A DNA stretch of 64,000 bases from the NCBI GenBank assembly GCA_013239625.1, contig MU056050.1, positions 4,783,366-4,847,365 on the forward strand, given 5' to 3'. The stretch's first letter is position 1. Each line of letters opens with the position of its first letter. Positions 53,312 through 64,000 of this stretch are shown in pieces. The position numbers were made by a program, and so were the translations under genes. The notes beneath the pieces were generated by a model. That model was not told the origin of the DNA. It saw nothing but the letters and a program-made list of their open reading frames with translations, and made no database searches. The DNA comes from Lama guanicoe (Eukaryota).

Positions 53312-53829
53312 GAACATTACTCTGCCATGAGAAAGAAGAAAATCCTGCCATTTGCAACAACTTGTATAAAACTTGAGGGCATCAGGCTAAGTGAAACAAA
53401 TCAGAAAGAGAAAGACAAATCATACATAATATCACTTATAAGTAGAATCTAAAAATTTTGAACTCAGGTAAACAGAGTAGAATGCTGATTGCCAAGGGCT
53501 AGGGAGTGGTGGCAATGGGGAGATGATACACAGAGGGTACAAACTTCCAGTTATAAGACTGATAGATTCTGGGGATCTAATGTACACCATGGTGATTACG
53601 CCTTGTAATAATGTATCATATACTTGAAGAGAATAGATCTTAAATGTTCTCACTACAAAAAAAGAAATGTTAATTACATGACAGGGCAGTAGTGTTAGCT
53701 AATGCTATGCTGGTAATCATGCAATTCATAAGTATATGAAATCAACACATTGAATACCTTAAATTTCTGCAATGCTATGTGTCAAATTATATCTAAGTAA
53801 AGCTGGGGAGGACAAGAAAGAGAAAGAAA

Positions 53830-54175
53830 AAAATGAATGAACTGCTGAAATGCATAATAACATGGATTGATCTCACAGATGTTATACTGAGTGAAAGTGG
53901 CCCCATACAAAGAGTACATGCAGTTTATATCCATTTATATAAAAAATAATCTAATTTATGGTTACAGATGTCAAATCAGGGATTGCCTCAGGTGGGGATG
54001 AAACTAGAAGAGAGATTGACAGTGAAGGGTATGTAGGAAGTTTTTGCAGTTATGAGAATGTTCCATATCCTATTTGGAGTGGTAGTTATGGGGTGTTTTC
54101 AGCAAACTTTTCTAAACCTTACGCTTAGCATATACGCATTTTGGTGGTTCATATAACAGTAAAGTGTATTCATCA
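53830..54175 (+). mobile_element. Ancient L1 3' end
   Basis: aacatggattgatctcacagatgttatactgagtgaaag...ttatgagaatgttccatatc. Confidence 0.7.
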
Positions 54176-54581
54176 GAAAAGAGAAAAAAAAAAAGATTTC
54201 CGAATACTCCAGGAGAAATGTCTGTAAGAAAATGACCTCGATAAAATACCTGTTGCATACCTTAATAGGAGATTTACACCACTAGGGGGAGTATTTTAGG
54301 GATAAATTAGTGGAAAGACCATAGAAAGACAAGCAGAGAGAGAGAGAGTGGGAGTGAGAGAGAGGTGGAAATTTATGGGCACAAGAAAACAGTTGCATGG
54401 GAAATGAAAAATAAAGTATGCTTCATGGCTCAGCCATGAGCAGCATTTACAAAGTCATAGAATGTAAACATTAACTATTGAACCAACCAAATTGACGCTA
54501 TAACAATATTCAGGGGGTGGGAGGATGGGAAGTCTAAGTGTGGGTGTAGGGGAGGATGAGTGTGTGTGAAAAAAATAACTA

Positions 54582-55110
54582 TGTTTGAGTTTTCTGTTAC
54601 TTGCCAGAAAATGACCACAAATTCAGCAACTTAGAATAGCACAAAATGCTTATTTCCCAGTTCTGTAGGTCAGATAAGGATCTCACCAGGCTAGAATCTA
54701 GATGCTGATAGTGTTGTATTCCTTTCTAGAGACTGTAAAGGAGAATCTGTTTTCATGATTATTCAAGTTCTTTGTGGTTCGTTTTATGACTGAGGTCCCT
54801 GTTTCCTTGCTGGCTGTCAGCTGAGGGTTGCTCCCATCTTCTAGAGACGGTGCATTCCTTGGCTCATGTTCCCCTTCCTTCATCTTCAAAGACAACAATG
54901 ACAGGTTTAGTCTCTCTCTTGTCAATGTCTCTTCTGCCTTCCTCGTCCAGTTTTAAGGTCTTTTATCATTATATTGGGTCCCCTGTCTCAAGCTCCCTGG
55001 CTTTAAGCACATCTGCAAAATCTCTTTTGTCATGTAAGGTAATATACTTAACTGGTTCGAGGGATTGAAGTGGGAACTTCTTTTTGGGGACCAGTATTCT
55101 GTCTACCACA
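54582..55110 (-). mobile_element. MLT1 (MLT1D-like) solo LTR
   Basis: Ends ...tattctgtctaccaca; internal actgaggtccctgtttccttgctggctgtcagctgagg. Confidence 0.82.
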
Positions 55111-55319
55111 GGCTAAATCTTTTTTGTTCCTTTGCAGATGTTTATACATAATGCCTGACTAAGGGAACTCTGCTCATTCCCTAAATTCTTTTGCCAAAAA
55201 AGGAGAGATGTAGGCATTTAAAGGTGCCTAGCAAAAGTTAGTCTTCCATATTTCCACAGGAATTGCAGGACTGGAACACTCTCTGCCACTCTACTGTTCC
55301 TTTCAGTGCATCACGACAG

Positions 55320-55515
55320 AGTGGAAGGAGTATGAGATTTGTTGTCAGAGTGACCGAATAGCCTCCCAGGCCCACCAGTTACTACCTGAAACTAGATCTT
55401 AAAAGTTACTTGACCTCTCTGAACCTCAGTTTTCTCCTTTGTAAAATGAGGATGGGTGAAGATTAGATACAATATATGTTGTGTCTAAAAGAGAATAGGT
55501 CCTAAATAAGTGGGA
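55320..55515 (+). mobile_element. MIR SINE
   Basis: aagttacttgacctctctgaacctcagttttctcctttgtaaaatgaggat. Confidence 0.85.
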
Positions 55516-55725
55516 GATACACAGTTTCTGCTGTGGGATATACCCATTTTATTTTAGGGGTTATAAAGGTGAAGAAGAGCTAACTGAAATTCCTAGAGAA
55601 GGTTAGTTTTTCACATTTCTGTTCGAATTGCCCAAATATTAACTTTCCCAGTAGGTTTTCAGAAACTGTCACAGCATAGGCTTTTATTAAACAGAACCTC
55701 CAGTGAAGTTCTTATTAGGACTCAC

Positions 55726-55917
55726 CTGTCAGATTTTCACTTTTGATCCCTGTCGGCTAGATCCAGCTGTGTTGATGGTTAGATCTTTCTGTGACTCAGT
55801 GGTCGTAACACATCTTTCAGTGTGGGTCAGCTTAGGTCTTACACCCAAAATTCAAGATAACTCTCTGGGAATTCTAATCCAATCACCATTCACCTTAGGT
55901 GGTGTGAATAGGCCTTG
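55726..55917 (-). pseudogene. Candidate exon, 192 bp: QGLFTPPKVNGDWIRIPRELS*ILGVRPKLTHTERCVTTTESQKDLTINTAGSSRQGSKVKI*Q
   Basis: Strong acceptor (tattttcttctaaacctcttaacag) and consensus donor (CAG|gtgagt). The best frame has two TGA stops, compatible with CGA>TGA decay. Confidence 0.6.
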
Positions 55918-56169
55918 CTGTTAAGAGGTTTAGAAGAAAATAGCATGGCACCTAAGGATAACTGGGTTGCCCTTCACAGGCACCTTCATGTTGTGATGTA
56001 CTGTAGCAAAGGGCATTCTATTCAATAAGTGTCAGTGTCTGCGAGGAGGGTGGAGCTTGACCACAAGTAACACAGTTTGAAATCCCATATTAAGTCATTT
56101 GCCAATATTACTTGATCACAGGTACTTCTACTTCATCATTAGGTGGGTTTAGGAACAGTTTAGTTAGAG

Positions 56170-56280
56170 ATCAGGGAACTCCTTGAGGTCTGAGACCAGG
56201 TCCTAATTGTTTTGTTATCCTTGGCAACTAACACAGTGCCAGGCACCTAGAAAGTGCTTAAGGCATGTTAGCTAAAAAGT
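56170..56280 (+). mobile_element. L2 3' end
   Basis: aactccttgagg...aacacagtgccaggcacctagaaagtgctt. Confidence 0.65.
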
Positions 56281-58487
56281 GGAAAGATCACAATTAGAAG
56301 AATAACATTGGCATTACTGTGATGGAGGAAGGTAAACCTCCCTTGGTTTTGATATTCAGACTGACTGTACCAATTAATACCAATGTCTAGAAATAGTAGG
56401 AGAGGGTACAGGGTCTCAATTCCTCACGGCACCTTTGGTGAATTTATTACAGCTTTCACTACTGTAGGAATGGCTGAGGCTGCCATATGAGCAGAAAAAA
56501 GCAATGCACCTTAATGCCTTATACATGAAAATAAAAATGGGTTAACCTTATCATTTGGTTCCTTTTGCCTTTTTTATTGCAGCATCCTGGCATCATTGCC
56601 TGTTTCTGTTCATGTTGTACAGGGTGCTTCAGTGGCAACTGAATTTGGGAAATATTGGGGCATTTTTCAGAGAATACTTTGTATTATGGAAAGAGACACT
56701 TTACACTGTATATTGGTTATTTAAAAAAAGGCCAACCTTCTGGGTGGAAGCAAGAAGAAAAGTTTATTTTCTAAAGATAAGCAACATGACATGTTTAAAT
56801 CATGTACAAACACTCACTGTAGGTTTCTTGGCGAGTGATTCCTGATTTCAGCTCATATGCCTAGCCTACTTGCAGTGCCATTGAAATTGCAAGCCAAATT
56901 TAATAGGAAATGAAGAGAAAAATAAAAACTTCCTCCTTTCCAGTGCCATATGATTCATGACATTAGTCCTTTTTATGGCAGAATAAACACTGCAGAGATG
57001 CAACTTTAACTTCTTGATTGCTTTAAACATATGGCCAAGAACAAGCTTGTATGCATCATTCTTTTGCTTTGGCATAGTTCAGTTTTCTAAAGACCAAGAT
57101 GTCTTTGAACTGGAGGGGACACTCTTTTTAAAATCAGCAAATGTGATACCTGTCAACAAGGATAAACATGGTATTAATGAAAGTGTGTGTTAATGCATTA
57201 AACTAGTAGAATATCAGCAGGATATCAGTTTCATTGCCAACTGAGTTTTAGGAATGATCCACCATTTGAATTAGGGTTAGTGATAAATTATTTCCAAGTA
57301 GTATTAATCATACTCACTGGAAAATTAAAATGTCATAAAATGATGAAGTGTTAAAGAAACAGTGTCTCACATCTACACCTGCATAAACATCACAATATCA
57401 CCACAATAGTTGCTTAAAAACATTCACAAGAGAGTCTGTTTTTAACATGGTATTCACTGATGTAAGTTATTTAACATTCTACTCATTCTTTTAGCAGTAG
57501 TAATAAAATCAAATACTTTCTATAATCAAAAAAAGGTATATACCATATTGTGATCACTGTTTAAAAACAAAAAAGAAATAACTAAAATGAAAGGAGGCTT
57601 TTACAGTTTTTCCCATTGATTTACTTTGGTAGGTATTCTTTTTATGGATATGAGTTTTTTAAATTTTATGATTGCAAAGATTCTGATTGACTAGGGCCTA
57701 GAGTTCGTTCTACAAATAAATTCATCTTTCCATTGTCTGGTTTCAGGAGAATTGTGGATTATTGTAAGGTTATTAAACAGTGTCTAGGTATGCTCTTCCA
57801 CAACAAATACGTGTGCTCCTTAGAATTTAATAGGGAAAGTAAGTAGAGTTCTTTAATTCCAAGAGTAGTCTTTATTCCTTTCTCTGTGTTATTACATTTT
57901 GGAATGTGAGCACATTATAAATTCAGTGTGGTGCACATCTACAGTATATTAAAACTCCAATTTTAAATGTATAAATATATGACTCAAAATTGTAAGTAAA
58001 CTCAAACATCAAAGAAAAAGAAAACATAAAATACTATGTAGCTTTCCTTTTAATTCAGTAACTTAATAGGAGGATCAACACTTTAAAATATTTAAAATGT
58101 ATTACACTTAATGAATGAAAAACATTCCAATTGAACCAAAATTCCTATGATGAATAATGGAAGTAAAAGTAGAGGCAGGTGAATTATGCAGATTGCAAGT
58201 TATGTCAGGGAAATAAGAAATCTATGAATATTAAACAAAATGTCTAAAAAACTAGAAAGAATGGTGGCTTTCATTACTAGTCTTCCTTTTCCAAAATAAA
58301 CTGATTCACAAGAAATGATGACTTTGAAACAAGTGGAGCCCGGTTAATAGCTCAAAATTCATGGTGATTTTCAAATTATACTTGCTACAGGTTCTCCAGA
58401 CAACCCTGTTCAGGATATAAATTGTACTTTAATTCAGTCATTCTGAACATTCTCATTTCTGGAAAGAAGCAGTCTTGACTTCATTAC

Positions 58488-58545
58488 CACATGGAGAAAT
58501 AGCTTTTGCCACGATGTACCATTTAGATCAGAGAACCAATGACCA
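58488..58545 (-). pseudogene. Candidate exon, 58 bp, phase 2-0: (F)GHWFSDLNGTSWQKLFLHV
   Basis: Acceptor aaatctcttctcag, donor GTG|gtaatg; open in exactly the phase required by the 60475 donor. Confidence 0.6.
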
Positions 58546-59309
58546 CTGAGAAGAGATTTCCTTGAGGAATGTGAAGTTTAAATTGATAATTGTGAGACTG
58601 CTGTTTCCATAATATATTCTTTCATGAAAATGTACAATATGCTAAACATTTGAGTTTTCCCAACCAAAAATTGCATTCAACCTATTTAAAAGCAGATCTT
58701 TACTTTTAGGTCTTTCTAACTAGGAAAACAACAAAAAACAAAAACTAATTTTACTTGATTTTAATTTTACCTAATCACTCATTCTAGAAATGTCTCTTAT
58801 TTTCTCTGCTAAACTTCTCTAAATGTTTAGCCTCAATCACTTGTCCTCCATTTTCTTACCATCTGCACTCTTCTTGATCCCTGAATCTGACTTAGGGTTC
58901 TGTAACTGTGCTAAAGGTCGTTGTATACAAGGGCACCAAATGCAGCAGACTTTTCCCTGTTCTCAATATCTAATTAACATTTGACAGTTTGAAGTGTTTG
59001 GTATTCTGGCTTTCCTTGGCTTTACTGAGGCTGCTTTATCTTTATGAGTGGATTGAACCACTTTATATTTGGTGTAAAAAAAAGTTTCCTATTTAAAATG
59101 TGTCAGAATATAAATATTTTATGGAGAGCTCTCAGGCCTTTCAGAAAAGTGTTTTGCAATAAAATTAGGCTTTAGTAACAATAAATAGCACGCCCCTATG
59201 CTCTGAATGCTCATACATCTTTTCTCTTTGATGGAAGCTGTACTGAAGTTTTGGTACTTCCTTGTATCCATATTAAGGAGGGTCTGCCATCCAGTAGGTT
59301 GTGTGTTTC

Positions 59310-59412
59310 TTTAAGGCTTCTGTCAGACCTGTTTTGTTTACCATTGTCTCGCCAGAGCCCAGCAGAGCACCTGACACATAGTATGTTCTCAATAAATATT
59401 ACTGAATGAACT
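59310..59412 (+). mobile_element. L2 3' end
   Basis: cccagcagagcacctgacacatagtatgttctcaataaatattactgaatgaa. Confidence 0.75.
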
Positions 59413-60474
59413 AATATGTTATATGAAAAGCATATTACATTAAGTAGAAAATTATCCATCTTATCAAATCTGAGGACCAATATTCCAGATGCTAGGAACT
59501 TTGTAATAACTTGAGTTTTTTAAATATAGAGTTAAAAAATGTCCATGTTAAGCTCTTCCAAAAGAGGCTGCTTTAATATTGCTAAGAAAAACATTATATT
59601 TTATTTAAAATAACACCTATGTAAACCAGTAGCAAGAATGTATTTTAGAAGGAAATTTTTATTCATTGACAATCATATAGTCATTTTTCTGACCTCAAAA
59701 TCAAGATATTTGGTTTTCACACTGAAATGGAGACAGAACCAGTTACTTTAATTACCTTCTCCTCTGGCCAAGATTAAAATATTATCTAATTCATTTGAAT
59801 AAAAAAATCAAAACAAAAGACACTCCTAGATTATTGGAGGCCAGAAGGGGAACTAAAACCATCCTTTTGATTATCTGAATCAGGTTGCTAAATAGCCCTT
59901 GGCTAAGACAGAATTAAGCCACTGACAAGCTGCAAGAAACTGGAAAGGTCTTTGATGTCAAGATGGCTTGATGTCTTAGAGTTGAGTAGCAGAGGTGTGC
60001 GCCAAGGGTTTTATTTCCAGTAAGTTTGAATGAAGGATTCTAAATTAAAGCTGGAAATAAGAAAGGCTAGGGGCTAGATCAGGATAAATTTAATAGTAAA
60101 CAAATTAGCAAGAAATACATCAAATAGTAGACATTTACATATTGCTTTATAGAAATGTATCTAATGACTAAAGTTCAATTTTGGTTGTTTGTACAGTACA
60201 TTCTATTTTTTCAAAAACACATGAAGACTTGCTTATCTACATCTTATGCAAAGCAGCATTATCTTTAGGCTACTCTTGGGCCAGCATCACTGTGACTGAG
60301 GCCCCTCTACAATCTGCCTGTAGTGTACGCTAATTGAAGGGTCTATTGTGTGGAGGAGTGAATAGGCATCTTGGAAGTTTATTCTACAAACTGAAATATG
60401 TAAACTATCACCAGAAAACATCTTAGCGTTGTATTCAATTATTTAGTCCTCTCAAGTTCTGACTGCATACTTAC

Positions 60475-60649
60475 AAAAGGCTCCTTGTTAGTAATCCCTG
60501 CATCTGGTCTCCTTTAGCCCAGGTCCAGAAAGTCTCTAGCGAGTTATACTGTTCTATATGGTTTCCTGTGATATCAAGTTCAAATAGCTCTCTCTGTGTT
60601 TGATGGCTTAAACCTGTCCTAATCTGTAATTCTACAGCTTTCATCCTCA
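60475..60649 (-). pseudogene. Candidate exon, phase 1-2: (M)RMKAVELQIRTGLSHQTQRELFELDITGNHIEQYNSLETFWTWAKGDQMQGLLTRSL
   Basis: Donor TT|gtaagt; acceptor catttcag (an alternative phase-0 acceptor would start the exon at 60623). Open frame within ORF 60471-60695. Confidence 0.6.
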
Positions 60650-61628
60650 CTGAAATGTGTCCTCTGTTTTGTTTCTCACTGGTGCACATGCTCATTTACC
60701 AGATACTTTGCTTCTGTGATGATTGTGGTCTAGTGTGTAAATAAGCCTCCTTTTGCCTGGTCAAATTGTACATTTTCACTGAAGTTTGGGTCATTTCCAC
60801 CCTCCTCTTGAAGGCACCTTCAGGGCTGTGGAGGTAAATTATCTCTTCTCAGAACTTGTGCAATGCTTAAGACTTTATACTACATAGCCTAGTTCTGAAT
60901 TACATCCTGTATGGTTTTGTAAGGTATTATTTCAGGCATATTAACTTTATCTCTCTTATTAGATTTTACACTTCTTAAAGGTAAGGACTGTGTATGGTAT
61001 TTCCTCTGAATTCCTTCCTCAAGACTTTAGGATTACATACGATTACTTAGTACGTAGCCTGTTAATATATTATTTGAAATGCTTCCTTGCATAAGAAAAT
61101 AATTTTGGCTATTACTCTTTGAAAAATATTTTATAATATTCAATATATTTTCTTATTATAAAAATAATTGTTGTAGACTCTAGCAATTATGTTTTGTATG
61201 ATCACAGTAACGCTTTCCCTCCCTCCACTGAAAATTTTTTGCTGGTAGTGTAAACTTTTTTGTTGTGAGAAATTTATTATATGTTCATCTCAAAGAATTC
61301 CTAAAATCTAATTTTATTATTTTGGAAAGGGCTTGCATGTTCCTGATTGCTTTATAAAATAATAGCAATACTAATACTTTAGGAAGTTTTTTTTTATTAG
61401 ACTATAAAATGCAAATGTTATGTTTCTGGTGAGCAAGGATTATTGCAGCCTTTAAAATTGGAGAAACCAAGGTATCTAATATTTAAGTGACTTTTCCTAG
61501 CTTTTACGTGGCATGTCTCTACAGGCCCCCTAGTAAGGATTTGAGTTAAATATTTAATTATTGCTCTCCAAACTATATCATCAATATTATATTAGCTTTA
61601 ATACTTGAAGACTGTCTTAGTATTTTAC

Positions 61629-61713
61629 TGTCAAGAAGAGATACAGTTATATTCATGTCTCCAGTGGTGGCATGACTTTGCACTGAAGTATTCATATTTT
61701 TTGCCCAGTGTCC
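61629..61713 (-). pseudogene. Candidate exon, 85 bp, phase 0-1: GHWAKNMNTSVQSHATTGDMNITVSLLD
   Basis: Acceptor ccttttgttcaag and donor CA|gtaaaa are both weak; the frame is open and the phases bridge the neighbouring exons. Confidence 0.35.
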
Positions 61714-61834
61714 CTTGAACAAAAGGTATATAGTTTGAAGATGGCTCCTTAAAGTTAAGGACACAATGTGATACTAAGAACTAAAACAAAATTGGACCTA
61801 CTTGTACATACATATCAGAGGGATAAAAGGAAAC

Positions 61835-62030
61835 TGGCATTGTTTGAATACTTAATATATCCCAGGAACTATACTTGATGTTTTAATCCTTAAAAACTAA
61901 AACAATATTGCCAAATAAAATGTACAGGCACAGAGGCTGAGACTTAAGGGAGTAAATGACTCATCCAAGGACACGTAACTAGAAGGTGACAGAGGTCATA
62001 TTTCACGTGATCTATTTGATTTTAATGTAT
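61835..62030 (-). mobile_element. MIR SINE
   Basis: gaggctgagacttaagggagtaaatgactcatccaaggacacgtaactagaaggtgacagag. Confidence 0.7.
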
Positions 62031-62525
62031 TCATAACAATGTTAATAAAGACATATACTTAATCTGTCACAGAGGAAATTTATCATCTGCTACCATCTGG
62101 AATCTCTGATACAAACAGAATATTGGTCTAGGCAGATTCCCTAGACTCTCTCTGAAAGACAGCCAGTTTCATCCTCTCTTATCTGATGTTGGGATGTTCA
62201 ACCTAAAATATGGAGCAGTGGCTGGGAAAAGAAAATAAAAAGGACAACCTCCCGCTGGAGAAATAACTTGACCCATAGCTAGATTCTTTACTAGATTTGT
62301 AGTAAGTGAAAATAGCCTACTCAGGTCTTGCAATAAAAAATGTGACTTTGCATTCTGTTCATAGGTAAGGTAAGTTAGAAAATTATGCACTGTGCCAAAA
62401 ATTAATAAAGAGGCCTTGTCCAAAATTATCTATTATATTTATAATATATTTATCCTGTGGTATTCTATTTTATGCTAAAAAATATGATGATATAAGATTT
62501 TCATGTTTTTGAGAAGTTTGCTTAC

Positions 62526-62603
62526 CTGGTTAATGACAATTCTTTGTAACCGTAGCATAATCTTTGCTATGTATAGACATTTAGCATATTATGACCATTT
62601 GAT
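62526..62603 (-). pseudogene. Candidate exon, 78 bp, phase 0-0: IKWS*YAKCLYIAKIMLRLQRIVINQ
   Basis: Strong acceptor (tttttttcttacttaattgctttag) and donor (CAG|gtaagc). Every frame contains a stop, so the frame is uncertain. Confidence 0.55.
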
Positions 62604-63417
62604 CTAAAGCAATTAAGTAAGAAAAAAATGCTGATTTGTAATCATTGCATTTTTCTCTGTTAGATGGCAAAACTTTTGAAGGCAGGGATCACATTCTCTT
62701 CACTTCTCTAGCTCCCAAAATAATAAGCTAAGCTCGTAACTATCACTTTGTAAGCATGCAAAGGCTTCCTGGTATTTAAACATGAAAAATAAAATCAGAG
62801 CTTTTACAAGAGATCAATTGCTGATGCTTCAATCACATTATCTGGTCTTTTGGTTTCCTTTCTCAAGTGAGTGTGTGTCTCACCTGGACCCCCCTCCCCT
62901 GCACATTATAGTGTTGGGGAAGGTAAAATCATCATGACCTTCATTTCCTTCCCATTTCAAGTGCAAGTGTAAATAAGTAAATATGGTTTATAGAATTAAT
63001 TAAACCTGTACAATTCTTTAAGAAATAGAAAACTATGAATATGGAAAACTTCATACATGAAGTAATATGCCAGGTGTATCCTTAATCCCCAATAATAGGA
63101 AATTATCAAAAAGCCCTACTGGGGTAATAACAGGAGTTGTTATTCCATACATCTAACAATGCCCCGGTCTCTATAGAGCAGAGGCAGCATATGGTTTAGG
63201 TTTAAATTACATCTTTTGATTAATTAAACATACAGTAAAATAACCTTACATTCATCTTGATATTTTGAAAATCTTTCTGTGTTTATTTTTGCCAAAGTAG
63301 TGATGCTTTTATCTTGGCATGCCATTCAGTGTGATTGACACTCTGTGTCTAGAGGGACAGATACTAAAATGGGTTAGGTTAAAGTTGAGTAGAAAGGCAA
63401 CTTTGAAGCCACTGTAT

Positions 63418-63765
63418 TATTTATTTATTTATTTATAAACATTTTTATTGAAGAATAGTCAGTTTACAATGTGTCAATTTCTGGTGTACAGAACAATACT
63501 TCAGTCATATAGGAACATACATGTGTTCGTTTTCATATTCTTTTTCACTGTATGTTAATGCGAGATATTGAATATGGTTCCCTGTGCTATACAGTATAAA
63601 CTTGCTGTTTATTGGATTTTGTGAAAATCCTCCTGTATTTCGAAATGAGAGCTGCTCTGCCAGAGTTCAGTAGGTGTTCTGTGTGATTCAATGGGTTTGT
63701 AGATGTAACTCTTGGTGTGTTTGTGGGAGAGGGTGAGCCATCTTGTTCTGCTATCTTGGCTCTGC
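63418..63765 (-). mobile_element. Bipartite L1 derivative (5' terminus + 3' terminus)
   Basis: Minus strand ccaagatagcagaacaagatggctcaccctctcccacaaacacacc... joined near 63613 to aataaacagcaagtttatactgtatagcacagggaac...A-rich tail; degenerate TSD gaa(g/t)ccact. Confidence 0.78.
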
Positions 63766-64000
63766 TGAATCCACTATGCTTTAACAGTGTTGATCTGCGG
63801 CACATGGGTGTTTGTAATATACTTTTGCTTGGTCACTACTGAGTCCAGGAGTCAAAAAGTATGACTATGAGACAGGCAAAACAGAATTATGACTTTAATT
63901 TAACTTTAGCAATTCATCGTCATTCATAAAGAAGTCCTTAATTTAGAGCTCCTGGTACACAGAGATCAAGTGTGTCAACTTCCCAACAAGTCATAAAATA

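Larger units (their letters stand above)
50220..53810 (+). mobile_element. L1MA-type element, 3' ~3.6 kb
   Basis: ORF2 remnants (ORF 52868-53149: [15 protein letters not shown]...[13 protein letters not shown]); 3' UTR ending aagtaaagctgggg. Confidence 0.9.
10755..62603 (-). pseudogene. Unidentified multi-exon gene remnant (12 candidate exons), probably disabled; may extend beyond both window edges
   Basis: AG/GT-bounded segments (one GC donor) lie in repeat-free islands, and their splice phases chain. In-frame stops at 62589-62591, 55852-55854, 55729-55731, 44590-44592 and 23784-23786; one phase break between the 55726 and 47251 exons. Confidence 0.6.

Noticed and set aside
56816..56900. 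Minus-strand exon candidate AYELKSGITRQETY with a gtgagt donor
   Set aside because: No AG adjacent to the pyrimidine tract, and its phase-1 end does not fit the next exon; may be a decayed exon but is unsupported.
62265..62330. Minus-strand exon candidate DLSRLFSLTTNLVKNLAMGQ
   Set aside because: Weak AAG acceptor and weak donor; it would need the two-stop frame of the upstream exon.
1..64000. Prokaryote-style systems (CRISPR array, operons, rRNA)
   Set aside because: No regularly spaced repeat-spacer array or dense ORF structure; the sequence is mammalian intronic/repeat DNA.

Overview
AT-rich mammalian genomic DNA, very likely camelid: a tRNA-Ala-derived SINE of the Vic-1 type sits at 13663-13755. 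Most of the window is transposable element. It holds a near full-length ~7 kb young L1 nested in a complete MaLR provirus, many older L1/L2/MIR fragments, ERV1 internal sequence and solo LTRs, and hAT/Tigger DNA transposons. Almost all ORFs in the supplied track are L1 remnants, antisense shadows of them, or chance. In the repeat-free islands I found 12 candidate minus-strand exons (62603 down to 10755) with AG/GT boundaries (one GC donor) whose splice phases mostly chain into one protein-like reading of roughly 420 aa. That reading carries five in-frame stops and one phase break, so it looks like a decaying multi-exon (possibly unitary) pseudogene. I could not identify the gene. Other notable features: two independent TSD-flanked L1 derivatives made of only the 5' terminus fused to the 3' terminus, an L1 whose 3' end is replaced by foreign sequence, and a locally templated insertion. 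Repeat family names come from recalled consensus motifs, not database searches.
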